From the human T2T-CHM13v2.0 reference genome, Homo sapiens, in NCBI RefSeq assembly GCF_009914755.1, contig NC_060932.1: 64,000 nt of DNA; one strand, given 5' to 3'. Below the pieces are notes generated by a model. The model saw nothing but the letters and a program-made list of their open reading frames with translations, was not told the DNA's origin and did no database searches. A program made the position numbers and the translations under genes. Positions 44,725 through 59,994 of the stretch are shown piece by piece (within the stretch, counting starts at the first letter, position 1; each line of letters opens with the position of its first letter).

Positions 44725-46049
44725 AAATAGGAGTTCTAAGAGTGTAATTAAGCTTTCATTTCAACCACTCTTCTTTTCAAATGGAACACTGCTATCTGAG
44801 GGAAAAGTTTAAAAAGCAGAAATGTTTAGTTTGTTAGTTTAAACTAAACAATGGTGATAAATTTTCTTCAACGTTTTTTCTTTTAAAAAAATTTCAATAG
44901 CAATTTTAAAAACAAGATTCAGAAAGTTCTTGTGCTCTTTGAAACAATTACAATTCCAGATAGAAATATTTTAAAAAGCTAAAGAACATTCAGATAGTAA
45001 ACAACTCTACTATGAAATTAAAATATCATTATGGCGCCAACCAATGCGTTTTGTTTCTGCTATTACTGAGATTAAGTTTTCAAATTAGAAATAATTTTCA
45101 TTAATAATATTTATAAGACCATAAGCATGTTCTCTCCTTAGAAACAGCCCTACAACTCTTACATAGTATGAAGAGACTCTAAGTCATTCTATTTGTGCTC
45201 TTAACAAAAACAAAAAATGTAAAAGTTTTTACATAAACATTCGTATAGAAACCATTGTTTTTAGTCATCAGATATATAAAACATATTAGTGTTCTGTTAC
45301 TTATGGAAACTCTTAAGGTCATGCCTACTTCAATTTAGAAAAATCTTGGTTCATTACACAAAATGCCTAATTATGCTGAAACCAATATCAAGTTTATAAT
45401 GACATTACCGAGGGAAGATTGAGAATGTGATACTTCACTTGTTGCCTACAGCATATAAAGTTCAAGCTGACATAGAGAAATATATACTTCCAAAGTACCT
45501 CCCCAAAACTCTAGGCTTTCTGAGGGTATGAGCCATATTTATTACTTTAGAGCATCATATACCCACCACCTAATAAAATGTCTAGCATATAATTTAAACC
45601 TCATTAAATATTTGTTTCATGTGTAAATACTATTTTAATATTAGTATTCTGTATTTCCATGATTATATATAAAGACATTCAATATTAGTCATCAATAAAA
45701 CTCACTGACATGTTTCATTGAATTCATGACACTTAAAAATGTGCTCTTCTTCCAGTACAGTAAAAAACACTTCCAAACATTTCTATTTGATGGAACGGAA
45801 GGAGAATTAACAAGTATTTCAATCTTACATGACCTCTGAAGAAATGCTGAAGGAGGCTGACAGGAAAGAGGTAAACAGCTGGGAAGAGTATACTGAGTAA
45901 GAATACACTGCTCTCTTCTTAAATGCAAGGGCGTGCATCTTCTTTGTTCACAACAATATGACCATCCTTCCCATAAAGCCAGTGTTGACCTCAAAATTGC
46001 CATTCAAAGATTGGTTTGCAGAAAAGAACAGTATGTGTCATATGGTATT

Positions 46050-46290
46050 ACCAAATTCTAATTGACAATGAGAAATAGTAATGTAAAGATAACTATGGGC
46101 TTTAGTCTCACAGACCGGAATGCAAACCTTAACTCTATGATATTGAGAAAAGAAGCCTCAGTTTCCTCTTTTGGAAAAAATCAAACAATATTTTAGACCC
46201 TAAGGTATTTTTATAAGGGTTACAGAAAATATGTGTAAAGCATTTAGTAGACTGCCACACATAGTTTGCATCCAATCTACAGCAACTATT
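46050..46290 (+). mobile_element. MIR
   Basis: gggctttagtctcacagacc...gcctcagtttcctctt...atgtgtaaagcatttag. Confidence 0.7.
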
Positions 46291-48275
46291 ATAATTATGT
46301 GTTTCCCTTTAGATCACTGGGTATGCGTACATTTGAATGTCTAGTTCATATGAATGGAATTATGTGGTGAAATATTCAAATGAATTGCATTTCCATTTAA
46401 GATAGATAATCTCAGCATAAATGCTGCCAGGCCTTGCCTTTTGCAGCTGTTCTGTTTAAATAATTCATCTAGTCATCAGGTAAAAACACATACTCTGCAT
46501 TAACTTTAAGGAACTACACAACAGCGAGCATCTTAATGAGTAACCTAACCTTTTAATCTGCCTCATTTTCTTGTGCTATTCATTTTAATAAGGAATTACA
46601 GCCAACCATGGTGGAAATCTCTCACAAGGGCTAAGGTATTCAATATGCACAATATGCATATTAAAAAGGTCACTAATAATGCACACGTGACAAGGTAGCA
46701 AAATAGCAGCAACTATAAGGATGGCATAACTTTAATTAAAATAGTTGAACTTGAAGAGTATTTGACATTCTGAAACTTGATAGATATGGATGCAAATAAT
46801 AAATATTTGTCTGGTATGAATTATTATCTATTCAAGTAGCATTTAAATAGGTGTATTATGTGAGAAAAGTAAAATCATAACAAATAGCTAGCATTCATAA
46901 TTTGTATATTAAACTTTTGTTATAAGGGACAACAGTTAGATTTTGCTCCAAAATTTTAAGACAAAAATTTTAAGAATTGTTATGCTTTGCATAAAGATCA
47001 ATGCATTAAAAAAATTGACCAAGTTCGCATCATTAAGTTTAAACTTCTTATCAATATCTTTTCTGTAAATCATAAGGTAGCGTGAGATAGTAACACCGAC
47101 TAGAGCAACACAGTAAGACAAAAATATACTTTCATGATATTACTTCGACAATCTCTTAGGTAATGTTGTAATTATTCAATCGACAAAGAGTACAGATTAT
47201 TCTCAGGAAGTTCAGAACACACGTTGCGTCAGCAATATTAGCTCACCTTTCATACCTCAATGATATCCTTACTTTTTAAGCTTATTTATATGTAGTTCTC
47301 TGCCCAATAAGTTCAATTTTTTTGTTGCTTTATTCTCTTTCTTCTATCTTTGCAAGGAAAGAGTTCTTTCCTCTTTTAAGATTTCTGTCGTAAGTGGATT
47401 GTCCTAATGGATCCTGCTGAGTGCAATAATCTTATACAAGCTAAATGGATGTTTCAGGATTACATATTAAAACTTGTTCCATCTCTAGAGGTCATTATAT
47501 TACAACTTAAGTAGTTTTTGAAATATATGCTGATAATGTTTATATCTTAGATTTCACTGTCTTGAAAATGTTCAACATTTTAAAAATAAAGCACATTTTA
47601 CCTCTTTGCCTATTTCCTTTTTTGAGAGCACTAAAATTGCATCTTCTTTGTCTATGCTTGCTTGTCATCTGTCATCCTATAAAAACACACCCACATTCTA
47701 ACGAAGAGTCTGTTTTACAAACCCATTCATACATATATGGTTTAGATAGAACATAAATCCTAAGAGAACAGAGTCTTTCTTTGATTTGTTCTCTGATATA
47801 TCCAGTCATCTAGAACTTTGTAAGTTTACAATAAAAGGGTGTTAAATAAACTCATCATTTACTTTTCTGCAAGACTGGTTCCTTCTCCTATTGTTCTTTA
47901 GATTATTAATCGAGACTGTTTCTCAAGATACCCCATGAAAATAAATAACATTATTTGAATTTATACCTTTCACAACAGTTGAGATCCACGTTAGTTTTAA
48001 CATCAGATAAATTTAGCAGTCTTAGCTATATAATGTGACTTGCACATGAATTTAAGAGATTAGAAAAACAAAAGGCAAAAAATAGCCTAACACAGAAATG
48101 AACGCACACACTCGCGCACACACACACACATACAGACACACACACGCTAGAGAGAGACATCTTTTAAAGCAAAAATTGGTTTTATATTCCTAATCCATTA
48201 TCAGTTGTTTATCTAGACGTTACTTAATTTAGATATACTATATACGTATGACACTATGGTCCTCATGCTCTTGAA

Positions 48276-48395
48276 GTAGTGTTTCTTAAATTGAGTGTGC
48301 ATAGGAACTCCCTGGAGAGTACAAGTAAAATTCCTAGGTCCCCATCCTCAGAAATGTTGATTATGTAAATCTCAGGATGGGTCTGAGGTATTTTA
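48276..48395. mobile_element. MER5A fragment
   Basis: agtgtttcttaaattgagtgtgcataggaactccctggagag...ttcctaggtccccatcctcaga. Confidence 0.65.
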
Positions 48396-50649
48396 AATGT
48401 TATGTTTGGAACCTGCTTGAGATAAATTTAGGCAAATTAAAAGACCATCATTCAATTAAACTTATAAACCTCTTCAAAAGTATTAACAAGTCATGGAATT
48501 TAAAAATAACTTAGTTTAAGGATAGCTGAGAAAATGTGTGATATGTCACCTCCAACCAATGCTATAGCCACAAGCACAAAATGTAATTAATCTATCATAA
48601 TAGCATAACAATAAGCTTGGCCAATCATGATTCAAGCATGTGATACCTTAAGGCTCTTTTTGGAAATGGGAAAAATGGCTTCTCATTAGGACATGAAGAG
48701 ACAGGTAAATAAAGCCATATGTTAGTATTTGAAACATTTAATAACAATTATTAAACACCATGAAATTGTGATCATAAATTCAAAATTGGAAGTTTTAATG
48801 TGAGTGGTAACCTACTTTGAAATTATTGTTGCTAGAAATGCTGATTAGATACTTAAAATTAGGAAGGCACTTCAAGAAAATCACTTTTATTCATTTCTTA
48901 GGTCATTTAATAATATTTTGGAAAATTGTGCTTAATGAGGTGCTCGAAGATTTTACAAAATTATCCTGCTACTTATATCTTTTTTTATTAATGGGAGAGT
49001 GTTTTTACAATCCCCTGAAGTAAAACTGTTCTGTAATTTCAGTGACTTTCAAAGAAATACCCCTTGATTCATTGGGTCCTTTGATATTAATGAAAAACAG
49101 AACATTAAATAATGCTTCACAAGTGTTCATGATTCATTTAAATATAAATACATGTTTTCAATCATATAAGTTCCAAAATTGCATAATGGATTATCCAAAT
49201 TAATACAAAAATTGTTTATCACAACAGAATATGAGTGCTTTCAGAAATAAATGCAAATGTATTATACTTTTTCTCACTGTAAAAATTATATGAAGAAAAG
49301 ACACAGAAATAAGCTTGAGCCAATGAGTTAATGCTCCTACAAAAAGGGAATTAGTGTGAATGATGAATGCATATTTTGATAAAAAGACAAATTGCCATAG
49401 GTCCTGAAAATATCAGAGATGAAATAAAGCGTTAAGTCAGAATGCTTTATTCTGTCATCATGGAAATCATATTGTTCTACTAAACAAGAACATTACAGCA
49501 AGTGAGACAGTTGACATCTTTCACAGGATTTTAGTTCCTTTGAATCAGATCTAGGCTTAACACTTTTAAATAACTCCTTAAGAAAAAAGTGAATTTATTA
49601 AAGCTGTATTTTGTTCGTTTAGATATTTCCTTGGAATAACATTTGAGAACATATCTTGAAAGTTCAAAAGACTCAGATGCACCACCTCAAATTTGTGACA
49701 GCAACGAAAGTGTGCATGAAATTGGCTCACACTACATATTACAGATGATCAGTGCATTGAATACACATAACTTGGCCAGTGTGGCTAAAAGACTTGGAAC
49801 TGCACTGGTTAACAAAACTTCATCTTTTTCTGACCTCCTTTAATATAAGAAAACCTAATTATTATAATAATTTCTCTATAATAATGGAAACATGCTTATT
49901 TATTGTATGGTTTCCAAAAGGCCATTTAAATTTATCACCAGAAATAGCCTGTGAGTTAGTGAGGGCAACTTATGTTAATATTCAAATGCTACTTGAGGAG
50001 ACTCCATAGCATGTCTAGAGAGTAAAAATAAGCAGAGGTGCTGGCTTTAGGCCAGATCTTCCAATTAACATGCATGTGTGTGCACACGCACACACTCACA
50101 CACACTTTTATATCAGAATGAGGAAACACATTCTTGCCAGAAGGCCTCCTTTAAGGCAGACATTTCCTATAAGAAGTAACATATCTAGAAACTGAATTAC
50201 AGATGAATGTAATAAGACCGAGCAGCTGTTGTCCTGTAGAGAAAAACTATACAGTATTTCTATTTAATGTTGTATGTCAATGTAGAAATTTTATATTTTT
50301 AACAAATGATCTTATTATATTAGGAGTATAAGCAAGATAATAGTAAAGAACGAAAGAGTATTCAAAATTATTTAGAGCCTACAACTGCACCCATGAAAGC
50401 TGCCTTCATAGACAATCTGTATACAATTAGCAGAGTGAAGGCCCCAGATGCCTCCGACAGAGAAATACTGAGAAAAGAATAGAGCATGAAAGTAAAATTT
50501 CACTTGTTTTACAATGTTACTCAGGGTATTTGTCAATACTGGTAAATTTTAAATGGATATTAACCATCTCCTTACTTGGATTCAGAAATAAAGTTCTGTG
50601 TTTTATGTTAGAAAAGAAATAGTTTACTGTAGGAAACGTGTGGCAGCAA

Positions 50650-50830
50650 ATCTGGCCACTCTGCTAGCTTGCAGATCTTATTGATGTCATTTAGTCTGCC
50701 TGGGACTCAATTTATTTTCCTGTAAATTGGAGAGAGCAATATACATCTCACAGTTTATTGAAGATTAAGTAGAATAATGAGTATAAAAGTGCTTACTAAA
50801 TTCTGTAATCCTATGCATGGATTATTATTA
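50650..50830 (+). mobile_element. MIR
   Basis: ctcaatttattttcctgtaaattgg...gaagattaagtagaataatgagtataaaagtgctt. Confidence 0.7.
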
Positions 50831-51569
50831 TGAGGAAAAAAAGAGCATATGTGTGACAGTTTTCGTGTTACCAGAAAGATCCAACATAAGGCAGGGTTAT
50901 GTGAGAAGTATGGGAGTTAAATTGTTATCTTTGATACTTCTTCCCAGGATCAAGCTGGCTCTTTGAAATACCTAAAGAAGAAAATAAGGCCGGGCAAGAC
51001 ATATGAAGGGACGTTATTCTATGCTCAACCTGTTTCTTAGCTGTAAGAGCCCGTCTTAGAGACTTCTTAGAGATAAAACTGACAGTTTCTGCTGGGAAAG
51101 TAATTGTAACATGGAAGAAGTGTGAATGCTGACCTAAGCGATCTTCAACTCAGTTCGTAGTGCAATAGGCAAGTATAGTCCAAAATGGAGCACACAGTCA
51201 ATTTCTTCCTTCAGTAGTTCTAGGCAGTGAGGCATACATTCATTTCTTTATATAAATTTTAAATTGTTCAAGTATGAATTCTTCTGAGGGTTAGGAAAAT
51301 AGACTTATAATTCAATTTTTTTACTCTTTGATTACACCTAAGATTATTTTTTCACTCTTTCCTCCAATTATTTCCCCAGTGATTATTATTTTTGTTCATC
51401 AGTTGATTACTTGGTCAAATCTGGAAATAAATACATAGTATCTGGGGATTGTTCCATGAACTGTAATCATTATTTCCCCCCCTTAATTTCGTTTCTTACA
51501 TTCTAAAATTACCTAATTGTCACATAGAAGTAATATTTACAATATTTTGAATAAACATAAAAATAACGA

Positions 51570-51811
51570 TACAGCATGATGACTAGAGTTACTAATAACG
51601 TATTGTACTCTTGAAATTTGCTAAGGGAGTAGATAGCAAGTTGAGAACTTGTTTTACACAAAAAAGGTAACTATGTAAGGTGATAGATATGTAATTAATT
51701 TGATTATGGTAATCATTTCACAATGTGTATGTATATTGAAATATCACATTATACAACTTAAATATATATAATTTTTATTTGTCAATTATCTCAATAAAGT
51801 TGGGAGAAAAA
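51570..51811 (+). mobile_element. L1MA8/9-like 3' end
   Basis: ggtaactatgtaaggtgatagatatg...ggtaatcatttcacaatgt...tttttatttgtcaattatctcaataaag. Confidence 0.85.
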
Positions 51812-53343
51812 AGAACCAGATTTTATTTATATTAATCAGGTTTTTAATCAGAGATTCACATATTTTTATCATGAATGTCATATTATTTGTCGAAGCGTAT
51901 CTTTCTTCCTGGTCCTGATAATGTACAAAAGGAGTCCTGATCCTTTTGTACCAGTTGTTTCATAGGCTATGTCTGTCATGCTAGGCAGTTTGCTGGGTGT
52001 TGTGAATTCAAGGTGAATGAGTAAAGACACACGCCCTGCCTTCACTGGGCTTTCATTCTAGGATGGAAAGTTCTGGGAGAAATTTTACATATTAAGAAAA
52101 GCAGTTCAACGGGATGTATACCACTGAGGCATTTGTTGTCACTTTAAAGTATTCTATCATGACTTGGGCTATTAGAAGTTCTTCCTGAGGGCTGGAGAAC
52201 TGAGGCCTAATGTTTAACAAATGTGAAGAGTAGAAAATGGGTTGGGTCTAAGGAGTGGCTCCTTAAAGCATTAGTTTTAAGAATTCACTTATTCAAGAAA
52301 GGGGATTCCTGAGAGATAACCAAAAGATAGAATTAGTTTGTGAGAGAAACGGACTTCTGGTAGTATGATTGTATTTGTCTTGCTGTCAGGAAGATTACAC
52401 ATTTCTGAAAAACTGCTTTTATAGAAAGGAAATTATATTTTATCACGTTTTACTTATAAAATGGTTTGTCTCATTGTTTTACCTAATATTCTTAAAAGTA
52501 GTTCTCAGTTTGGTGTCAGTTTTCAAAGTCTGCTAACTATCAATTAATTATCAACAACAAGGTAAATACAGCAATTGAAACTAAATATTTAGATACTTTT
52601 ATAGAAATGTAAACATGCCACAATCAATTTATATTTTATAAAATATTGGTCTACAAAGAATTAAAAATAAACATACAGAAAATAAAAAGCATTCTTTTCC
52701 ACTGATGGTTTCGATAGCTGAACACTATTGCTATACATAGTCCAAAATGTATTAAAAATAGATAAAACCAGTCAACAGTTTTGTGGAACCCCCACATTTT
52801 ATTTTGAAATTTATCAGAAAAACATAATTGGATGTCCCAAATGTACACTTCATAACTGTAGGTTTCGAATAGTCACCTGTATCTTCATGTTAACTATCTA
52901 CTAGCACTTTTGAATTCCCTTCATGACAATCTCACCTGTGTGTTAATATTACATATCTACTAACACTTTTAATTTCAACCACATGGCAACATAAGAAGCC
53001 TAGGAACAGACCTACAGCAAATACTTTAACATTTGGGAAAAGTATAATAAAAATATTTAATATATTACCAAACTCATAAAATATAAAGGATGATCTAAAA
53101 TTTACCCTACTCAATTCAGAAGCTAAAAGAAAACTGAAAGTTAGGCAAGTTAGCTAATGTGGCAACATCCATATCTGGGTTATTAGACCAGAAAAAAATG
53201 TCCTAACAGCTAGATAATGGGAGTTACGTAAATCATCTTATTTTCATTGCTTTGACTCATAAGAACTTAAGAATTTACGTCTTTCCTCACTTAGCATTGT
53301 TGATATAATTTTCTCTCAACCTATGTATCAATTATTTCAAATT

Positions 53344-53419
53344 TATCCTCTATGAGATTTTTTGTCTCATTATACTTTTGCTATCCTCTATGAGATTTTT
53401 TGTCTCATTATACTTTTGC
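53344..53419 (+). repeat. Perfect 38-bp tandem duplication
   Basis: tatcctctatgagattttttgtctcattatacttttgc x2. Confidence 0.98.
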
Positions 53420-56400
53420 TATGAGTTTTTTTACTAAGCCATTTCATCACCTTTCTATAACTAGTCAGCAGACAAAAACAATATTCGTAAACATTTATAT
53501 CTATCCTTGCTGACATGCTACAAAAAAGGCCTATTTTAAATTATTTCTTAATTTAATGGCAACTATAATGTTTGATGAAAACAAACTCCCAATCATTCAT
53601 TTCTATATTACCCCAACTTACAGCCTGCTTTTAAATTAAAATAAACTAAACTTGCTTTTGAGTAATGGTGTGCCCAATTTCCATGTCTGTTAAACTTCTA
53701 CTTTAAGAATAATTAGTATGTGTTGTAATAAATTTAGTGGAAATAAGCATACGGAATACTGAATTTGCTGACTTGAAAGTCCAATCTTTATGCCGAAATT
53801 ATTAGCGTTTGTTTCTAAAGCGACGAGAAAGCATGTACGTTTTTCATCCCCCATGTCATTACAGAACAATGGTTTATTTTCTGCTTCACAATTCCTTGGG
53901 CTGAGCACCAAATGTGATTTGTTGAAAGTATATTTTCTTCATTTTCTGTTAACGATCCTTTCCAGTATCTCCACTGTACAGACTATATTAATCTCATTCT
54001 ATTTATTGCATTCTATTTTTATGTTATAATCCAGCCTGTTAAACTGCATTGAAGGGCTTATGATTCTTGTCCTATAATAATTCTATCTGTTTTTTACCCT
54101 ATATTACCCAGTAATTTGACTCTCCCATTTTTTCAGCCTTTTCATTTTTGTTTGTTTTAATGATTCTCCTAAAGAAGACTAATAGAAACAAAAGAAAAAT
54201 AAATCTTTGCAGCCACATTTTATATTATAACTTACTCAAAAAAGGGCTAATAACCATCACTAATTATTGCTATTCACAATTGCCCCATTGCTATTTGCAA
54301 CAAAGTCTGTGCTGACGTCTCAACTCTTATAATCTTAGCTTTTGTTGTGGATGTTTATTCAGTTTTTTCTTTATTTTGATTTTACTGTTGTTCGGTATTG
54401 CATTCTATATTTGCTGTCTATTGCTCAGGTGCTCTAACATTTTCAACATTTTTCTTATCATCTTTAATATACTCTTTATTCCTCCTTCAGTTACCCAACA
54501 GATACCAAAATGATCCCGAGCTCTGAAGTTCTGACCTCAGAAATGTGTTTGCACAGCATAGATGCATTAGATCCTGTTCAGCAATAGAACTGGAGAAATA
54601 CCACAGTAAAACAGATGTGACGAGCCCACCAGACAGTAACAAGTGCAAACTTCCTCCCAGGTTCCTAGTTGAGTATGTTTGTGCCAGGTCATTACAGTAT
54701 CACTTCTTTTCCCACTTAATATGTTTCTTTCCTCCTTTTATCTTTGTTAAAATATTTTGGTACTTCATTGTAACTCTATTAGAATAAAGGAATACTTGCT
54801 TTATATTTGTATGCAGTTCTTTCCAGATTTAACGAAATGGCCTGTAGATGTTCCTGATAATTTTCTCCACTTTACAATATGTCTTTAGAGAGGGATCACA
54901 CTATTTCAGAAGATATTTGTAAAGTACTTTAAGGACTTTGAAATAAAGGTGCCCCAAAGATAATGAGATGATTTTATTCTAAACTACTCTGAAATGTGAT
55001 TTTTCCATTCTTTCCCCATCAAGTGAAAATCAAAATATGTCTTAACAAATTTGTGAGAGGATTATGTCAGAATGCCTTCGTATGACCAGTCTAACATTCT
55101 TGTACATGGAATTGTATCATAAATACCAAAAAGGTAAGGGGCTATTGATCTCATGTTTTCTTTCCTTCTCCTGCCACACCTTCTCTTTTTAGATGAATTT
55201 ATTTACTCTTCCTTTAGTCTTCCTTCTCCTTATTATATAAAACAATATGAGGCAATTTGTAACATTTTCAAAAATTTTACTAGAAGTCCCCATGTCAGAA
55301 GAATCACTGTTTTTGTAAAATGCATGATATATTCACTGATTAATGCATGTATATACCAGGTCTTGGGATCCCACAGCAAATGCAATGTTGTGATCTCCAT
55401 GACAACTCCAAGGTATTCTTATTTCAGTGTCCAAATTTGAAATTCCTGGACATGTCTTATCTAAGTCATCTGCATCATATAAGACAAGGACACAATCAAC
55501 CTATGGTGGAATGCTGAGAAAAATATGAAGTTTGCTCATATAGAACCACAGATGTGGTTTACTCTGCTGAGACTTCAACATAATGACTCCTAAAAATTAA
55601 GATGTAAGCACAAGCCCTATCTTGTGTAATTATCTGGTTTAATTCATCCCAAGCGCTATCTTGTCTATCTTGTGTAATTAATCCCAAAAGCTCAAAATAG
55701 GGCTTGATATATACTAGGAGTCAATAAAATATATACTAAATTTTATAATCGAAAGGAAAAATAGTTTATTTAAAGAGGAAAAAAATACTTTGAATTCAGA
55801 ATCCTGCAATGTAACATTTTAAGAATGTTAGTGGGAAGGTTATGGGCCAAGACTTTTTTGACTTTTAACAAAGAAAATGTTAGTCATGCTTTAATAGAGC
55901 AATACAAGATTTTTTTATATTAGCGAAGTCTCCAAAATATGCAACTTAAATGGGTTTAATTTCTTTTTAATACTCAAAGTTCCTTGATATCTAAACAAAT
56001 GCAAAGTCTTAACAAATGTGGTTTTAACAATGGGTTCATTCAAAATTTTAGAAATGAGAAAACACAAATCTATCTAAAAATCTCTCATGAAAATATAATC
56101 CAAAATATGAGAAAAGTAATGAGATAAACATTTTATTCAGAAATACAAGATTAAATAAAGCAAATTTTCTCACAAGACCTATTTAACTAACAGCAATACA
56201 AGGAGTCTGGATCTTTGTTTGAAAAGTAGAATCTGTTAGGATATTTTAAGTTGACTATACAATACATATATTTACTAGTATGTATATTTACTTTGCTGAC
56301 TTGATAGACAAGACTTGAATAAGTTCTGTGACTTGCCTTCATGGAAATTGTATTGGAGACAATTTTAGACTACTTAATTTAAATAGTGAAAATCTCGTTT

Positions 56401-56708
56401 CAAACTTCAGGTTCAAATGTGCCACAGACCCCTCACACACTCATTGGTGAAATTCTGTAATTGGAAACTGTAAAGAAAACTCACATTTATGTGGAGCGAC
56501 TTTTCTGCTTACTGTAAAACAATGCCTTGTATAAAAAAGAATGCTCTAAGAAAACCAGCCCAGACTTACTGGATTTGCTGAACAAAGAAAGCCTGTGGGG
56601 AGATGTAGATGAGCTAGCATAGTTTTTAGGACAAGTCTAGAATAATTTCAAAATACAGAAGGCTTGCTTTTGTTACCCCAGATCTCTTTTAGTTATTAAC
56701 ACTACTGT

Positions 56709-56972
<264 letters not shown>

Positions 56973-57072
56973 TCACTAACTTTCACCATTTGTTTTGAAC
57001 CCATGAGTGTTCATAGGTAAACCTTTTTTTCTTGGCAGTGTTGTGTGCTCCAGCATTTTTTAAAAGTAAACT

Positions 57073-57253
57073 CTGGGGACTGTTGTGGGGTGGGCGGAGG
57101 GGGGAGGGATAGCATTAGGAGATATACCTAATGCTAAATGACGAGTTAATGGGTGCAGCAAACCAGCATGGCACATGTATACATATGTAACTAATCTGCA
57201 CATTGTGCACATGTACCCTAAAACTTAAAGTATAATAATAATAAAAAAAGAAA
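57073..57253 (+). mobile_element. L1PA3/4 3' end
   Basis: ggatagcattaggagatatacctaatgctaaatgacgagttaatggg; TSD aaaagtaaact at 57062-57072 and 57254-57264. Confidence 0.95.
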
Positions 57254-57344
57254 AAAAGTAAACTGTATCCTACTTAATTTTTTAAAGATCTTATCCATTA
57301 AAAAATAAATTTTTCAATAAATTCATAGCTATAATGATAATAAT

Positions 57345-57636
<292 letters not shown>

Positions 57637-57654
57637 TATCATTAATATTTCATT

Positions 57655-57820
57655 TTGCTTCTCTTAATTTTCTGTCCTTTCTTCCTTCCTTCCGTCCCCC
57701 CATCTTTCTCTGCATCATTTTTACCACTCTCCCTCTCTCATTTACTTTCTCTCTCATTTTTCCCCCTTCCTTCTTTCTCTGCCACCATTTTTTCCTTTTT
57801 TTCCTTCCTTCCTTTCTCCC
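57655..57820 (+). repeat. CT-rich low-complexity tract
   Basis: Nearly pure pyrimidine (cttc)n-like. Confidence 0.85.
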
Positions 57821-59250
57821 TGCTAAGTACCAAACATATTCAGGTAACTCATGAATCATTAAAGTATAATAAATGCAAAAACAGAAGAACTAAAGTGTTA
57901 ATGACAGGAAAGAAAGTATATGAGTTATTGTTGGGGAAGAGGAGTAATTGAAAGCTTCAAAACACAAAATAATTTAGATAGATCTTCAGGAATATGTAGG
58001 AGGTCAATGAGTCTGCTGATAGAAAATTCAGCCAGGGGGAAATTTTTAAAGTCAAATAGGTGTGAAACATTGAAGCTCATTACAAAGTTGAGAAAAATAA
58101 GCTGTGAAGTGTAAGGAGGGCGGGATAAAAACCATAGTAGTAGAAGACACTATGATTAATTTATGAACAGGCTTCTCTGCAATGTTAGGTGCTAAAGCTA
58201 GTTTTTCTCATTATAATAATGAAGGTCATACTTGTACAATACTCAAGTATTATGGATTAAAAAACACAATATATCCAAAGCTTTCAAAGAGGTGATTCAC
58301 AGTAACACTACATAAACATTGGGTCTTCCATCTATGTGCTAATTAGAAATTAAACGTCCTATCAAAAGAAGTGGATCTTCTCCACCCCATTATAAAAAGC
58401 TTATTTTTCTCTGTGAGTATATTGCAAAATATACACAAATATGTGTGTGTGTATATATCCCATATGGTACCATAATGTACATTATGTGTTTGGAACTACT
58501 ATATCATCTATAATTCATATATTTTTTACTTAACAGCTTTTGTTGTCATTTTTACATGTCAGTGCATATTTACATGCATGCCGTTATTTTCATATATCAT
58601 TTAACCAATCATCTGTTAATGAATATCTGAATCATGTCCAAATTTTTACTATTTTAATCAATGTCACATTTTAGTTTTCTAATACAATGAAAGACAATAA
58701 GCTTTTCAAATGTTTGCTAACTCTTCCTTCATTTATCTTTCTACATTATGCTGATGTTGACAAGGACTGATATCCTGGCTGATTTGAACGGCTGGTACAA
58801 TAAATGAGCAATTTTAGTATTAATATGTATTATCAGTTTAGCCTCTCATACTAAGTAAATACAATATGTTTCCAAAATATTTATCAGGGTAATTGAGAAA
58901 AATACGTAAATATCATTGAAAATTTCATGACTTCATTATTGAGCTTGAAATATATTTTCTGTTAGCTTGCCTTTCTACTTTTTTATTCCATTTTTAAATT
59001 TCGTTATTTTTTTTCTAATTGATTTGTAAACACTCTTTGTCCAGCGACAACATTAGCCAGAGCTTTCTAAACAGTGAAGTGAAGCACTCCAGGGTTTCAT
59101 GAATACCACGGGATGCCAAGAAATCGAATCAGAGTTACAGTTCAGGGTTTCTCACTACCAGCTGAGCGTATCATCTTCTGTTTATCCTAGTTTGACAGGT
59201 GATATAATTCCAATACCACTTTTATCTGTGCTGTGATGTAAAAAATTTCA

Positions 59251-59592
<342 letters not shown>

Positions 59593-59994
59593 TTACAGAT
59601 CATGTTTTTATTTGCAGATTTAAACTTATTTATACAATTTTGCTATGTTTCTTAGTTTTTAGGTACATTTACCATCTCTTCTATAACTTAAGAAGTAGTA
59701 AAAGTGGTAGAGACTATAATCCCAAGCTAATAAAATGTCAGTATTAAATAAAGAGTAAGGACCAAGTAATAACAAAACTAAAACAGATATTACTAATAAT
59801 GATCATTTATTAAAGAAGGTTCAGGGAAGTAAAGAAAAAATGGAAAAGGCAGCTAAAGAAGTCAAATGAATCCATGTATTCCACAATTTTAAAGCACTTC
59901 TGTACCTAAATATTAATTAACATTAATTAACATTAATTGCAATTTAATCCATACAAGAATTCATTTTTTTTCTAGTAAGAATAGTGAAGACACA

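Noticed and set aside
50925-51050. Good acceptor (tacttcttcccag|G) followed by a 30-codon frame
   Set aside because: No recognisable homology and no strong donor; such sites arise by chance in 64 kb.
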